Source: Candidatus Latescibacterota bacterium
GTDB taxonomy: Bacteria > Latescibacterota > UBA2968 > GCA-2709665
Direction of reading: 5' to 3'
Assembly (NCBI GenBank): GCA_965219995.1
Contig: CBDCOX010000002.1
Coordinates: forward strand, 3,808,001 to 3,872,000
Length of the DNA: 64,000 nucleotides
Shown piece after piece: positions 31,001 through 40,616 of this stretch (position 1 is its first letter; every line of letters begins with the position of its first letter). The notes beneath the pieces were generated by a model, which was given only the letters and a program-made list of their open reading frames with translations, ran no database searches and had not been told where the DNA came from. The position numbers were made by a program, and so were the translations under genes.

Positions 31001-32687
31001 ATGGGATGCGGATCAGCCGCGCGTTCGCCGCCTTCTCTCTGAATATATTCCTTCGACGCCCCAGCAGTACGTCGAGAGACATCACCAGTTCTTCCCGAAG
31101 GGGGTCGATCGGCGGATTCGTGACCTGCGCGAACCGCTGCGTAAAGAAATTGTACAGTAGCTGGGGCCGCTCGGACAACATGGCCAGAGGCGTGTCATCT
31201 CCCATGGATCCGACCGGTTCCTTGCCGTCGTTCGCCATGGGTAGCAGCACAACTTCGATTTCGTCCGCGGTATACCCGAATGCCAGTTGCCTCCGGGCCA
31301 GGTCCGTCTGTTCGCCAACCGGCACGGGCTCGTTCCGGGCGTCCGACTGTTCGAAATTGACTACGTTTTCCCTCACCCATCGCCGGTAGGGCCGCCGGCC
31401 GGAAAATCGGGACTTGATCTCGTCGTTCTTCAATAACACGCCCCGCCGCGTGTCCACCGCGATCATCTGTCCCGGTCCCAGGCGCCCTTTCTCCACGACG
31501 TGGCGGTCGTCCATCTCGAGCATCCCGACCTCCGAACCCATAACGATCAGGCCGCTGTCCGTGATCTTGTACCGTGCGGGCCGCAACCCGTTCCGGTCCA
31601 ACGTGGCGCCCACGACCGCGCCGTCGCTGAACGCGACAGCGGCGGGTCCGTCCCAGGGTTCCATCAGGCAATCGTTGTATTCATAGAATCCGCGAAGATC
31701 CTCCGGCATGTCCGGGATTCCGCGATGCGCCTCCGGAATCAACATCATCATCGCGTGCATCGGATTCCGTCCGGCCACCACGAGCGTTTCGAAGACATTG
31801 TCGAGCATCGCGGAATCGCTGCGGGCCGCGTCTATTATGGGTTTGATCCGATCCAGATACCGTCCCCAGCCTCTGGACTTGAGCTCCGACTCGCGTGCCT
31901 GCATCCAGTTCACATTGCCCCGCAGGGTGTTGATTTCGCCGTTGTGGGCCAGATATCGGAACGGCTGCGCCAGAAACCAGTCGGGCAGCGTGTTGGTGCT
32001 GTAGCGCTGGTGAAGGACGGCCAGCGAGGTCTCGAAGTCGGGATTCTGCAGGTCCCGGTAGAACCTCGCAAGCTGCGCGGCCACCATCATCCCTTTATAG
32101 ACGATCGTTCGATTGGACAGCGAGCAGATGTAGCAGCCCTCGATTCCGTGCCGCCGTACGGATCTCTCCACCTGCCTTCGAACCAGGTACAGCGCCCGTT
32201 CGAATTCCGCTTCGGACATCCGGTTTCCCCGGGCGATAAGCACCTGCTGAATATCGGGCATCAGCTCCGCCGCCCGGTCGCCGAGGACCGTCCGGTCCAC
32301 GGGCACCGTCCGCCATCCGATCAGCACGAGCCCGTAATGGTCCGTCGCTTCGTCGACGATAATCCGATACCGGTCGTTCGTTATCGAGTCCTGAGACAGG
32401 AACAGCATACCGATCGCCAGGTCCTCCGCACGGGGCGCCCTGTATCCAAGCCTTTCCGCCTCACGTACAATCAATCGACTGGGGATCTGGGTGAGCACCC
32501 CCGCCCCGTCGCCGGTTTTCGCATCGGCATCCATCGCGCCCCGATGCGTCAGATTGGCCAGTCCGAGCACCGCATGCCGCATGATTTCACTGTTGCGATT
32601 GCCCCTGATATCCGCAACGAACCCCACCCCGCATGCATCGTGCTCGAATTCCGGGCGGTAGAGCCCGTCTGTTGAGGTTGCTTCCAT
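28077..32687 (-). CDS. gltB: Glutamate synthase large subunit
   Basis: DACGVGF, HQRYSTNT, KQVASGRFGV, CVMARQCHLNTC and GXGXG domain. Confidence 0.97.
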   Translation of the reverse strand: MEATSTDGLYRPEFEHDACGVGFVADIRGNRNSEIMRHAVLGLANLTHRGAMDADAKTGDGAGVLTQIPSRLIVREAERLGYRAPRAEDLAIGMLFLSQDSITNDRYRIIVDEATDHYGLVLIGWRTVPVDRTVLGDRAAELMPDIQQVLIARGNRMSEAEFERALYLVRRQVERSVRRHGIEGCYICSLSNRTIVYKGMMVAAQLARFYRDLQNPDFETSLAVLHQRYSTNTLPDWFLAQPFRYLAHNGEINTLRGNVNWMQARESELKSRGWGRYLDRIKPIIDAARSDSAMLDNVFETLVVAGRNPMHAMMMLIPEAHRGIPDMPEDLRGFYEYNDCLMEPWDGPAAVAFSDGAVVGATLDRNGLRPARYKITDSGLIVMGSEVGMLEMDDRHVVEKGRLGPGQMIAVDTRRGVLLKNDEIKSRFSGRRPYRRWVRENVVNFEQSDARNEPVPVGEQTDLARRQLAFGYTADEIEVVLLPMANDGKEPVGSMGDDTPLAMLSERPQLLYNFFTQRFAQVTNPPIDPLREELVMSLDVLLGRRRNIFREKAANARLIRIPSPVLLDSEFRRLASPGLPAFETESLSALFMPSQGVEGLQRALDKICRRALQAIESGTTLLILSDRGVDANHAPIPMLLAVGAVHHHLIREGKRMQASLIVESGEPREVHHIASLIGYGASAVNPYLVYENLYDLIRTGRLEGEITYAKALDNYRRALEAGLLKVICKMGISTLSSYCAAQIFDAVGLHPDLVDRYFSGTVSQVGGIGLAEIADDAAERHLQAFQPDGAPSMNDAGIYRFRRDGEFHAFNPPVFKAIHSVAKSGNYEDFTAYSRLVEGRPAASLRDLMAFRGGSPVPLDEVEPAGAICRRFVSSAMSHGALSREAHETLAIALNRIGAKSNSGEGGEDPDRYRRLPNGDWPNSAIKQVASGRFGVTPAYLASAKELEIKMAQGSKPGEGGQLPGHKVSAEIALIRHSVPGVTLISPPPHHDIYSIEDIAQLIYDLKRVNPRAKVCVKLVSVAGIGTIAAGVVKGYADVVHISGHDGGTGASPLGAIKHSGGPWELGLAEIQQTLVMNDLRGRVMLRVDGGLKTARDVVVAAALGAEEFGFGTAALVSMGCVMARQCHLNTCPVGVATQKPELREKFNGSPEHVVRYFTNLAGEVREVIAGLGYRSLESLIGRTEILEAIVDPKKQRWQGIDLSDLLADPDPAGTRPRLHTRERNDRPDASIDDLLLQDAIDAIKENSSITLSYEIKNTRRAVGAKLAGEIAFHYGDRGLDSTIECRFRGSAGQSFGAFCIRGLRLVLTGEANDYVGKGMHGGELIVRPPGNAAFPSHRNAIIGNTVMYGATGGILYAAGCAGERFCVRNSGGHAVVEGVGDHGCEYMTAGVVIVLGGTGRNFGAGMTGGTAYVLDEEGSFENRYNPQLVGIERVNQPDDVAMLKKTIGRHLEKTNSRRASAIITRWDEFLPKFWKVTPHAPDHGDELVIPDRYRETHRETRRRKAQYQQVERTARDALGEPVPSGAGSPGGSAEG

Positions 32688-32713
32688 GATGAACGTATTC
32701 TTCCTTTTCTAAA

Positions 32714-32920
32714 GGCGGTGAGACGTTAGACGTGAGACGGGAGATGATGTGAGTGCCCTAAAGGCGGGTAGACGTAAGACGTGAGACGGGAGATGATATG
32801 AATGCCTGTTCGGTATCATCTCTTGCCGCAGGCAAAAAGGAAGAACCAATCGGGCAAGGACGTCTTCTACCGTCTACCCTCTACCGTCTCCCCGCTTTCA
32901 TCTACCGTCTCACGGTTTTT
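32714..32920. repeat. Heptamer-rich (GAGACGN/TAGACGN) repeat including one copy of the ~100-bp element
   Basis: Two gagacg/tagacg...gggagatgat blocks, then tcatctcttgccgcaggc...aatcgggcaa...ctaccgtct from 32816. Confidence 0.8.
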
Positions 32921-33006
32921 TATTGTTCCAAATTCAAAATGCCAGGATCGGTTGGATCCTGGCATTTTCTCCACGTCGCTTGAACGAGCGAAGAGGGTTT
33001 AAAGCC

Positions 33007-33279
33007 TTACTCGAACGCCTTCGCGTTAATTTCGATATATTCCTTCCATTCGTCAGGTGTATCGTCTTCTTCAAAAATCGCCTCGACCGGGCACTCGGGT
33101 TCGCACGCCCCGCAATCGATGCACTCATCCGGATGGATGTAGAGCATCTGGCGTTGCTCGTCTTCCGGCAGGTTGGTTGCGTCCGGCTCGTAAATACAAT
33201 CGACCGGACAGACCTCCACACAGGCCCTGTCCATCACGTCGATGCATGGCTCGGCGATAATGTACGTCATTCTCTTCAC
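33007..33279 (-). CDS. Dicluster ferredoxin (FdxA-like)
   Basis: CVEVCPVDCI and CIDCGACEPECP. Confidence 0.93.
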   Translation of the reverse strand: MKRMTYIIAEPCIDVMDRACVEVCPVDCIYEPDATNLPEDEQRQMLYIHPDECIDCGACEPECPVEAIFEEDDTPDEWKEYIEINAKAFE

Positions 33280-33422
33280 CCCTTTCCTTGAGTCGGCCTA
33301 CTGGTCAATCTTAAAGTATGAAGTTCAGGTTCGTGAAGATCGAATCCGTCTGGAACGGGAATATCGGGCAACTTCACGAGGGCGACCGAACGGCATTTGC
33401 CCCGGGCGCCAATGACACACGA

Positions 33423-33450
33423 AATATAGAACTTTCTTCCGGTTTGTCAA
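33423..33450 (-). promoter_or_regulatory. Sigma70 promoter for the ferredoxin gene
   Basis: TTGACA - 16 bp - TATATT on the minus strand. Confidence 0.55.
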
Positions 33451-33461
33451 GCGTCAAAAAG

Positions 33462-34043
33462 CTAAGAAATCGCATCAAAATGCCGAAGTGAGAGAGCGAC
33501 GCGGTCCCGGTACCCGGAACGGATTCTGAGGGCGAATCTTCGCCCGGGATCCGAATCGTGCTCAATGTCGAATCCGGCGCCATTGTAGAGTTTCGCCAGC
33601 ACCTTCTCGAGTTCCGGCCGAACGGCCTCCAGCGTCTCAACCGAATTCGGCGCCAACAGCCGGTCGTTCAGCACAAACAGCACTTCATCCAGACGGAAAC
33701 TCGCACTTCCGGCCAGTATGGGGTCGGTCTCCAGCCTCCGGCAGGCTTTCAGGGCTGAAACGAAAGCGGCCTTCAGCCGATCCTGGAAGCTGCCGTTTGA
33801 CGCCTGTTTGCGGTCGTAGAGGAGCCCGGTTTTTCCGTCCGACCGATCGATACTGTAGTTGGCCTCGTGTCCCACCAGCAGGGTGACCGGCCCATTGTGC
33901 ACGTGGCTGTAATCCGCCACGTCGACGAGCACCTCGTCCGTCGTCACCGGAATCCAGGTGTTGAAGACCCGGAACCAGGTTTCCGGCGCGATGTCCTGCC
34001 CGCTTTCGAGGTAGAACTTGATTTGAATTCTATACGCGTTCAT
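33462..34043 (-). CDS. Hypothetical protein downstream of the nitrite/sulfite reductase
   Basis: LVDVADYSHVHNGP and NDRLLAPN motifs; co-oriented with the reductase. Confidence 0.7.
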   Translation of the reverse strand: MNAYRIQIKFYLESGQDIAPETWFRVFNTWIPVTTDEVLVDVADYSHVHNGPVTLLVGHEANYSIDRSDGKTGLLYDRKQASNGSFQDRLKAAFVSALKACRRLETDPILAGSASFRLDEVLFVLNDRLLAPNSVETLEAVRPELEKVLAKLYNGAGFDIEHDSDPGRRFALRIRSGYRDRVALSLRHFDAIS

Positions 34044-34084
34044 CGCTTTAGGAAATTGCGCTGTAAATCCCCGGATCCGGGGTG

Positions 34085-36340
34085 TCAGTTGTTGACGACG
34101 TTCATCCGCCCGTAGCATGCATACGCGGCCTCGATGAAGAGCTGGGTTTCCTCGATGAACCGGTGCGCGAGGTCTTCACTGTAGGCGTCGACGTTGCGCC
34201 GATGGGCATGAAAGAGATAATTGGCGAACTTGCCCCGGGTTACGGGATTGTCGTGCAACAGCCCGGTGTCGACGATCCTCGTGCGGAATTCGGACACAAT
34301 TGTATCGGGGTCTTCCGGTACATCCAGAAACTGCGACTTTACCAGGGCCTTGGCCGCATGAACCATGGCGCTGTATGCCTGTTTATATGCGGCTTCGTAT
34401 TGGCCGTTATCCAGTTGCACCTGGGCCTCGAAAGCCTCACGTTCACAACTGGAGAGCTCGAACTGCACCAGCGGCACCACCTCGCCCGCGCACTCGCCCT
34501 TTCCCATATCTCCGGTTGTGAACACACGGCTGTCTCCCCAGTCCATATAGAACGAGGAGTCGATCTCGTAGGGAGGCACGTCGGTGAGATCGTCCAGCAT
34601 CCGCTTCACCTGCACCTTGCCGATTCGCCGGATGTAATCCTGAAAACTCTCGTCGTCACTTCGCCCTTCAATATAGCTCTGGCTGATTCGCGCCACCACG
34701 TCGGGGATCCGCTTGGAGGGGACCGCGCCCATCGCCAGTCCGAACGATGCGGCGTTGCCGGTCCACTGGCCTCCAAGTACCACCTGAAAGTGCGGCACGG
34801 TGTAGCCGCTCACCTTACGGCTGATCCCGTAGAATCCCAGGTCCGCAACGTGATGCTGACCGCAGGAGTTGAAGCAACCGCTGATCTTGATGCGCAGACC
34901 TTCCACGGCGGCGTCCATCTCCACGCCCTTTTCGGCAAGGTGCGTACGCAATTCGGCGGCAAGTCCGCGGGACGAAGCAATGCCCAGCTTACACGTATCC
35001 GTTCCGGGGCAGGCCGTCACGTCCGCAATCGTCCCGGCGCCGGGTTCGTTTAATCCGATTTCCGCGAGCGCGTTGTAGAGTTCGGGAAGATCCGCCTCGC
35101 TCACCCAGCGCAGTACGATATTCTGCTCCACCGTGGCTCGAATCGTATCGTTCACGAAACGTCTTGAGAGTTTGGCCAGGGCCCGCGTCTGGTCGGACGT
35201 GAGGTCGCCGAGCGGCAGCGTGACCGTAACCACCGCGTAGCCGTCCTGGCGCTGCCGGTAGACGTTGGTTCGGGTCCACTCCTCAAAACCGCCTGCAGCG
35301 ACGGCGCCGTTGAGCGGTTGTGCGATCTTCAGGGGCTTCTCGTCGTAGGCGTGAAGGTCCGAAAGGTACGCCGTCCATTCCGGGTCGTTGGGCATCACCT
35401 TCCGCTCCTCCGTCACCAGGCGCTTAAACTCTTCCAGGCCCAATTTGGCGATCAGGAACTTGAGCCGTGCACGCGCCCGGTTCCGCTTCTCGCCGAGGCG
35501 GGCGAACACGCGGGAGATCGCCTGGGAGACGGGGAGGAGTTCCTCTTCCGGCAGGAAATCCTCGAACAGTTTCGCCTGGTGCGGCACGGCGCCCAACCCG
35601 CCGCCAACGTAAAACCTGAACCCGCGTTTCTCCGCGCCGTTGACCGACCTCGTCACCGCAATGGCGCCAATGTCGTGCATATTGGCAAGACCGCAGGCCT
35701 CGTGTTCGCATCCGGAAAAAGCGATCTTGAACTTCCGGCCGAAGTCCTGCGCGTCGCTGTGACCCAGGAGGAATTTCGAGCAGGCCCGGGCATAGGGCGT
35801 CACGTCGAATGTCTCGGTCCGGCACACGCCGGAAAGGGGGCAGGCGGTCACGTTACGGACGGTATTGCCGCAGGCTTCGCGGGTTGTGATGCCCACCGAG
35901 GCCAGGCGGTACATGAGATCGGGCGTATCGTCGATGTGGACGTAATGCAGCTGGACGTCCTGACGCGTGGTAATGTGCAGAATACAATCCGAATACTCCT
36001 CGGCAAGCTCGGCCAGCACATCCAGTTGATCCGCGGTCAGGCCCCCGAACGGAATCTTGATCCGCTGCATCCCCGGTGCGTCCCACACCGTATCCGGCCC
36101 CTTGACCAGGTCTCCGCTGGGAAACTCCAGGACCTGCGTATTGCTGCCGTCGAACCGTTTGCCGTTATCGTAACGCTGGCCGTAAACACCGCGGCGCAGG
36201 CGGGTTTCGGCGAAAACGGTGTCGTCGATCTTGTCCTGTTTCCGCAGTTCGATCTGCGTGGCGAATATGTCCACCTCCCGGCCCATTTCGTCGGGTATGC
36301 GATCCGCGAGAACTTCCTTCCAGGTTGTCGATTCAGACAT
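34085..36340 (-). CDS. Siroheme nitrite/sulfite reductase with C-terminal HEPN-like extension
   Basis: HITTRQDVQ, RNVTACP, RKFKIAFSGC, CPGTDTC and SGCFNSCGQH; helical C-terminal extension. Confidence 0.92.
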   Translation of the reverse strand: MSESTTWKEVLADRIPDEMGREVDIFATQIELRKQDKIDDTVFAETRLRRGVYGQRYDNGKRFDGSNTQVLEFPSGDLVKGPDTVWDAPGMQRIKIPFGGLTADQLDVLAELAEEYSDCILHITTRQDVQLHYVHIDDTPDLMYRLASVGITTREACGNTVRNVTACPLSGVCRTETFDVTPYARACSKFLLGHSDAQDFGRKFKIAFSGCEHEACGLANMHDIGAIAVTRSVNGAEKRGFRFYVGGGLGAVPHQAKLFEDFLPEEELLPVSQAISRVFARLGEKRNRARARLKFLIAKLGLEEFKRLVTEERKVMPNDPEWTAYLSDLHAYDEKPLKIAQPLNGAVAAGGFEEWTRTNVYRQRQDGYAVVTVTLPLGDLTSDQTRALAKLSRRFVNDTIRATVEQNIVLRWVSEADLPELYNALAEIGLNEPGAGTIADVTACPGTDTCKLGIASSRGLAAELRTHLAEKGVEMDAAVEGLRIKISGCFNSCGQHHVADLGFYGISRKVSGYTVPHFQVVLGGQWTGNAASFGLAMGAVPSKRIPDVVARISQSYIEGRSDDESFQDYIRRIGKVQVKRMLDDLTDVPPYEIDSSFYMDWGDSRVFTTGDMGKGECAGEVVPLVQFELSSCEREAFEAQVQLDNGQYEAAYKQAYSAMVHAAKALVKSQFLDVPEDPDTIVSEFRTRIVDTGLLHDNPVTRGKFANYLFHAHRRNVDAYSEDLAHRFIEETQLFIEAAYACYGRMNVVNN

Positions 36341-36540
36341 GGCAACGTCTCCTGGTGACCGATTCCAAACGCGACGGCGTTGTTCAGGCGGGTAATCTAT
36401 CGAACTCATCCTGTGAAGTCAACGAATTTATCCGGAAACGGCAGCCGTTCCGATCGGGCGAAATGGGTCTCCCGCAGATATTCTTGAGTTTTTCGATCAA
36501 CAATATAATAAATAAACGGACAAATGGGAAACCTGTCAAC

Positions 36541-36568
36541 AAAAAGCGAGAGACCAAAGTCTCTCGCT
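36541..36568 (-). terminator. Intrinsic terminator downstream of moaA
   Basis: agcgagagac/gtctctcgct stem followed by a U-run on the minus strand. Confidence 0.7.
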
Positions 36569-36653
36569 ACTCAAGTGGATTGGTGGATCGGCAGTTGATC
36601 GCGATATCCTGTGCCCCCTGGGAGCGAGGGCATCCTGCCCTCGAAAAGCACTA

Positions 36654-36910
36654 AAAGCGGTAAGAGGGTAGACGTTAGACGGTAGATGGCATCTTTGCCC
36701 AACTGGTTTCACCTTCGTGCCTGCGGCAAGAGATGATACCGAACGGGGCAACAAAATCGGTGAGACGTGAGACGCAAGACGGTAGAGGATAGCGTTACCA
36801 CAGTGTTTTCACGCTAACCGTGCCTGTTTCTTTACCGATATGGTAACGACAAGAAAAACCATAGGGCACTCACGGAATCTCCCGTCTACCCTCTCCCGTC
36901 TCCCCGCCTG
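36654..36910. repeat. Reverse-orientation copy of the ~100-bp element plus heptamer tracts
   Basis: tagacggtagatggcatctttgccc...gcctgcggcaagagatgataccgaac, and ctcccgtct tracts near 36880-36905. Confidence 0.8.
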
Positions 36911-36914
36911 TCAG

Positions 36915-37937
36915 CTAGCCCCCGATCTGGTACATTTCCACCTTGGAAAACGACGGCACTTCCACCGTCTCCGCCGTCCTCAATTCGGAATACCGGTCTT
37001 CGCGACCCGCCCATATTTCCGAGATCGCCGACAGGAGTTCCTCGTCGCTCGCCCCGTCGCGCAGGGGTCCCCTGAGATCCACGCCCGTGCCCGCGAACAA
37101 GCAGGTATACACCTTTCCGTCGGTGGAAAGCCTCGCGCGCGTGCAGTCGCCGCAAAACGGTTGCGTAACCGAGGCGATCACGCCGATCTCACCGTTTCCG
37201 TCCAGATACCGGAACCGCCGCGCGACTTCGCCCGGGTAATTCGGCGCCACCGCGGTGAGCGGCATCTCTTCATGGATGCGCTGCACGATCTCTGCCGCGG
37301 GAACCACCTGATCCAGGCGCCAGCCGTTGCGGTTGCCCACGTCCATATATTCGATAAAGCGGACGATATGCCCCGTACCGTAGAAATGCCTGGCGAGATC
37401 CACGACGGTATGGTCGTTTACCCCGCGCTGGACCACCGCGTTGACCTTCAGCGGTGAATACCCGGCCGCTTCCGCCGCCCGGATTCCCTCCAGCACCTCC
37501 GAAACGTGAACCCCTCTCCCATTCAACCGTTCGAATATGTCTTCGTCCAGGGAATCCAGACTGACCGTAATCCTGTCCAACCCGGCGTCCCTTAGTTCCC
37601 CGACCATCCGGGGCAGCAGATAGCCGTTTGTGGTAAGCGTGAGATCCTCGACGCCGTCAATTGCCGCCAGACGCCGGATCAGCGCTTCGAGTTCCCTCCG
37701 GAGAAGGGGCTCTCCGCCGGTGATCCGGACCTTGCGCACCCCCAGATCCACGAAAAGCCGCGCCAGCCGGTCGATTTCCTCGAACGTGAGTATTTCCGCC
37801 CTGGGCAGGAACGTGTAATTCTCCCCGAAGACTTCCGCCGGCATACAGTACGGACACCGGAAATTGCACCGGTCCGTTACCGAAATCCGGAGGTCCCTGA
37901 GCGGTCTGCCCAATCTGTCCGTCGCATCGTCCGTCAT
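36915..37937 (-). CDS. moaA: GTP 3',8-cyclase
   Basis: [26 protein letters not shown] and C-terminal IGG. Confidence 0.96.
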   Translation of the reverse strand: MTDDATDRLGRPLRDLRISVTDRCNFRCPYCMPAEVFGENYTFLPRAEILTFEEIDRLARLFVDLGVRKVRITGGEPLLRRELEALIRRLAAIDGVEDLTLTTNGYLLPRMVGELRDAGLDRITVSLDSLDEDIFERLNGRGVHVSEVLEGIRAAEAAGYSPLKVNAVVQRGVNDHTVVDLARHFYGTGHIVRFIEYMDVGNRNGWRLDQVVPAAEIVQRIHEEMPLTAVAPNYPGEVARRFRYLDGNGEIGVIASVTQPFCGDCTRARLSTDGKVYTCLFAGTGVDLRGPLRDGASDEELLSAISEIWAGREDRYSELRTAETVEVPSFSKVEMYQIGG

Positions 37938-37965
37938 AGGTGAAATCACTTCGGTATTCGCGCGG

Positions 37966-38547
37966 TCAATACGATTCCGCGCGAGTAACGGCCGCGTCAA
38001 ACTGACTCTTGTCCACGATGGCGCCGCGGAGTCGCGCCTCGTACAGGAATGCGCCGTTCAAATTGGCGCCCCGCAGGTCCGTTCCCCTGAAATCCGTCGC
38101 GCCCACCACCGCCGCTTCCAGGTCGGCGTCCTTGAAACTCGTCGGCCGGCCCGAAGGGTTCGGAAACGACGCATGCACCACACCCAGCCGGGCCCGCTTC
38201 AGACTCGCGCCCGTGAATTTCGCGCCGCCGAGTACCGCGCCGGACAGAAACGCTTCGTCCATCATGGCGCCCGAGAAGTCCGCGCCGAGCAGGTCGGCCG
38301 CGACGAGGTACACCCGGTTCATTCGTGCGCCACTGAGGTCGGCGCCCTTCATGCTCGCGTTGTGAAACCGTGTCTCCAGGAGGGTTGCGTTTCTGAACAG
38401 GGCGTTGTCCAGCCTTGCGTCTGTGAAATCGACGCCGGAGAGATCCTCTCCCGAAAAGTCGATTCCGGCGAGATCTTCTCCCGACAGATCCCCCGTTGTT
38501 TTCGCCCTGGCAATCAGCGCGTCCCTGTCGACATACGCGGCGGCCAT
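37966..38547 (-). CDS. Pentapeptide repeat protein
   Basis: Tandem A(D/N)LXX repeats. Confidence 0.88.
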   Translation of the reverse strand: MAAAYVDRDALIARAKTTGDLSGEDLAGIDFSGEDLSGVDFTDARLDNALFRNATLLETRFHNASMKGADLSGARMNRVYLVAADLLGADFSGAMMDEAFLSGAVLGGAKFTGASLKRARLGVVHASFPNPSGRPTSFKDADLEAAVVGATDFRGTDLRGANLNGAFLYEARLRGAIVDKSQFDAAVTRAESY

Positions 38548-38762
38548 CCGGTATCCCTCTTTTCAGGTGGTCAGTGGACAGTGATCAGTGGCCGGTAAAA
38601 ATCCGTTAACGTTTCAATCAAGCGATGTCAATTCGTGAATGCCTGGTTCTGGCTGACTGCTGAAAACTGATCGCTGATCGCTGCTTCTCGTCGAAATATA
38701 CCAAACTTCCCTTAGCGGTCAACCGGTATCCCCGCGGCGGGAACCGGGATTTCGATGCGCGG

Positions 38763-40043
38763 TCAATCCACCACGATCGTCTCCCTGCGGTCGGGTCCGA
38801 CGGACACCATGGCAATCGGCGTGCGGCTCAACTCCTGAATTCTGTCCAGGTACCGCCTGGCGTTTTCAGGAAGATCCTCCCACCGCCTCGCATCGCTGGT
38901 GGGCGCCTGCCAACCCGGCATCGTTTCGTAGACGGGCTCACATTCCGCCAGCATCTTCAGGTCGCTCGGGAAATGCTCGAGGCGCTTTCCCCTGTACAAA
39001 TAATGCGTGCAGATACGGATCTCTTCCAGCGGATCCAGTATGTCCAGCCTGGTCACCGCGATCCCGGAAAGCCCGTTCACCCTCGCGGCGAATTTCAGAA
39101 TCACGGCGTCCAGCCACCCGCAGCGCCTCGGCCGGCCCGTGGTCGCCCCGTACTCGTGTCCGATTTCACGAATGCGGTCTCCCATGGCGCCGGTGAGTTC
39201 GGTGGGAAACGGTCCATTGCCCACACGCGTCGTATACGCCTTGACCACCCCGACGACCTCGGAAATCCGGGTGGGACCGATACCGGCGCCCGTGCACGCG
39301 CCGCCTGCCGTCGTATTCGATGACGTCACAAACGGATACGTCCCGTGATCGATATCCAGCAACGTACCCTGGGATCCCTCGAACAGCACGTCCTTGCCCG
39401 CGTCGATCATATCGTTCAGGTAGACGGACGTATCCGTCACAAACGGCGCGAGGCGCTCGCCGAACGCCAGATAGGCCTCGATGATCGGCGTCGCATCCAG
39501 CCCGTCCTCCCCGTACACGTTCTCAAGAATCTCATTCTTCTCGGTCACGTTTTCCCGCACCCTGGAAGGCAGCGCGTCCGCGTCGAACAGGTCTCCCACG
39601 CGAATGCCGGAAGACCGGTTGACCTTGTCCTGATAGCACGGCCCGATGCCGCGAAGCGTCGTCCCGATGGCGCCCGCCCCGATCCGCGCCTCGCTGGCCT
39701 GTTCGACGCGTTTGTGATACGGCATGACCAGGTGCGTATTCGGACTCACAAACAGCCGGTTCGAAATGGATATGCCCTTCGATTCCAGTTCCTCCACCTC
39801 CTGGAACAGCGCCTCGGGATCCATCACCACCCCGTTGCCGATCACACAGGTCTTGTCGGGGTGCACGATCCCCGCGGGGATGAGATGAAATACGAACTCG
39901 AGATCGCCCGCCTTGATGGTATGCCCGGCATTGGCGCCCCCCTGAAAGCGCACCACGACGTCCGAGTCCGCCGTCATATAATCCACCACCTTGGCCTTGC
40001 CTTCATCGCCCCACTGGGCCCCGAGCACAATGCGCACGGACAT
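38763..40043 (-). CDS. purA: Adenylosuccinate synthetase
   Basis: QWGDEGK, GGANAGHT and TTGRPRRCGW; RBS aggag. Confidence 0.97.
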   Translation of the reverse strand: MSVRIVLGAQWGDEGKAKVVDYMTADSDVVVRFQGGANAGHTIKAGDLEFVFHLIPAGIVHPDKTCVIGNGVVMDPEALFQEVEELESKGISISNRLFVSPNTHLVMPYHKRVEQASEARIGAGAIGTTLRGIGPCYQDKVNRSSGIRVGDLFDADALPSRVRENVTEKNEILENVYGEDGLDATPIIEAYLAFGERLAPFVTDTSVYLNDMIDAGKDVLFEGSQGTLLDIDHGTYPFVTSSNTTAGGACTGAGIGPTRISEVVGVVKAYTTRVGNGPFPTELTGAMGDRIREIGHEYGATTGRPRRCGWLDAVILKFAARVNGLSGIAVTRLDILDPLEEIRICTHYLYRGKRLEHFPSDLKMLAECEPVYETMPGWQAPTSDARRWEDLPENARRYLDRIQELSRTPIAMVSVGPDRRETIVVD

Positions 40044-40230
40044 GATCAATCTCCTCAGGAACGGGTAGACGTTAGACGGGAGACGGGAGATGATGTCACC
40101 GCATCTACAGGATATCAATATGGTCTGGCGAAGTCTATCAGCGATACGGGCGGGACCTTTCCCCCGGCCCCTCAACCCCGGGGGAGACGTTAGACGGGAG
40201 ATGTGAGATGATGTAACTGCCAGTTCGGTA

Positions 40231-40616
40231 TCATCTCTTGCCGCAGGCATAGTGGAAGAAACAATCGGGCAAGGACGTCTTCTAACGTCTCCCGTCTCCC
40301 GTCTCACCGCTCTTATTGCCCCGCGCGGATTCATCTCTTGCCGCAGGCATAAAGGAAGAACCAATCGGGCAAAGATGTCATCTACCGTCTCACGGCTCCC
40401 GTCTCCCCGGTTTTATTGCCCTGTGCGGTTTCGTTTCTTGCCGGAGGCATTAAGGACGATCCAATCGGGCAAGGACGTCATCTACCGTCTAACGTCTTAC
40501 GTCTAACGGGTTTTGTTGCCCCGCGCGGATTCATCTCTTGCCGCAGGCATTAAGGAAGAACCAATCGGGCAAAGATGTCATCTACCGTCTACCGTCTTGC
40601 GTCTCACCGCTCTTAA
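40231..40616. repeat. Tandem array of four ~100-bp units
   Basis: Units start at 40231, 40331, 40431 and 40531 (tcatctcttgccgcaggcat...aatcgggcaa...ccgtct heptamers); inverted heptamer blocks at about 40062-40100 and 40183-40215. Confidence 0.92.

Noticed and set aside
40044-40364. N-terminal extension of PurA
   Set aside because: This is translation of repeat DNA; the real start with an RBS is at 40043.
40231-40616. CRISPR array
   Set aside because: Units are similar along their whole 100 bp, there are no unique spacers, and no cas genes are in the window.
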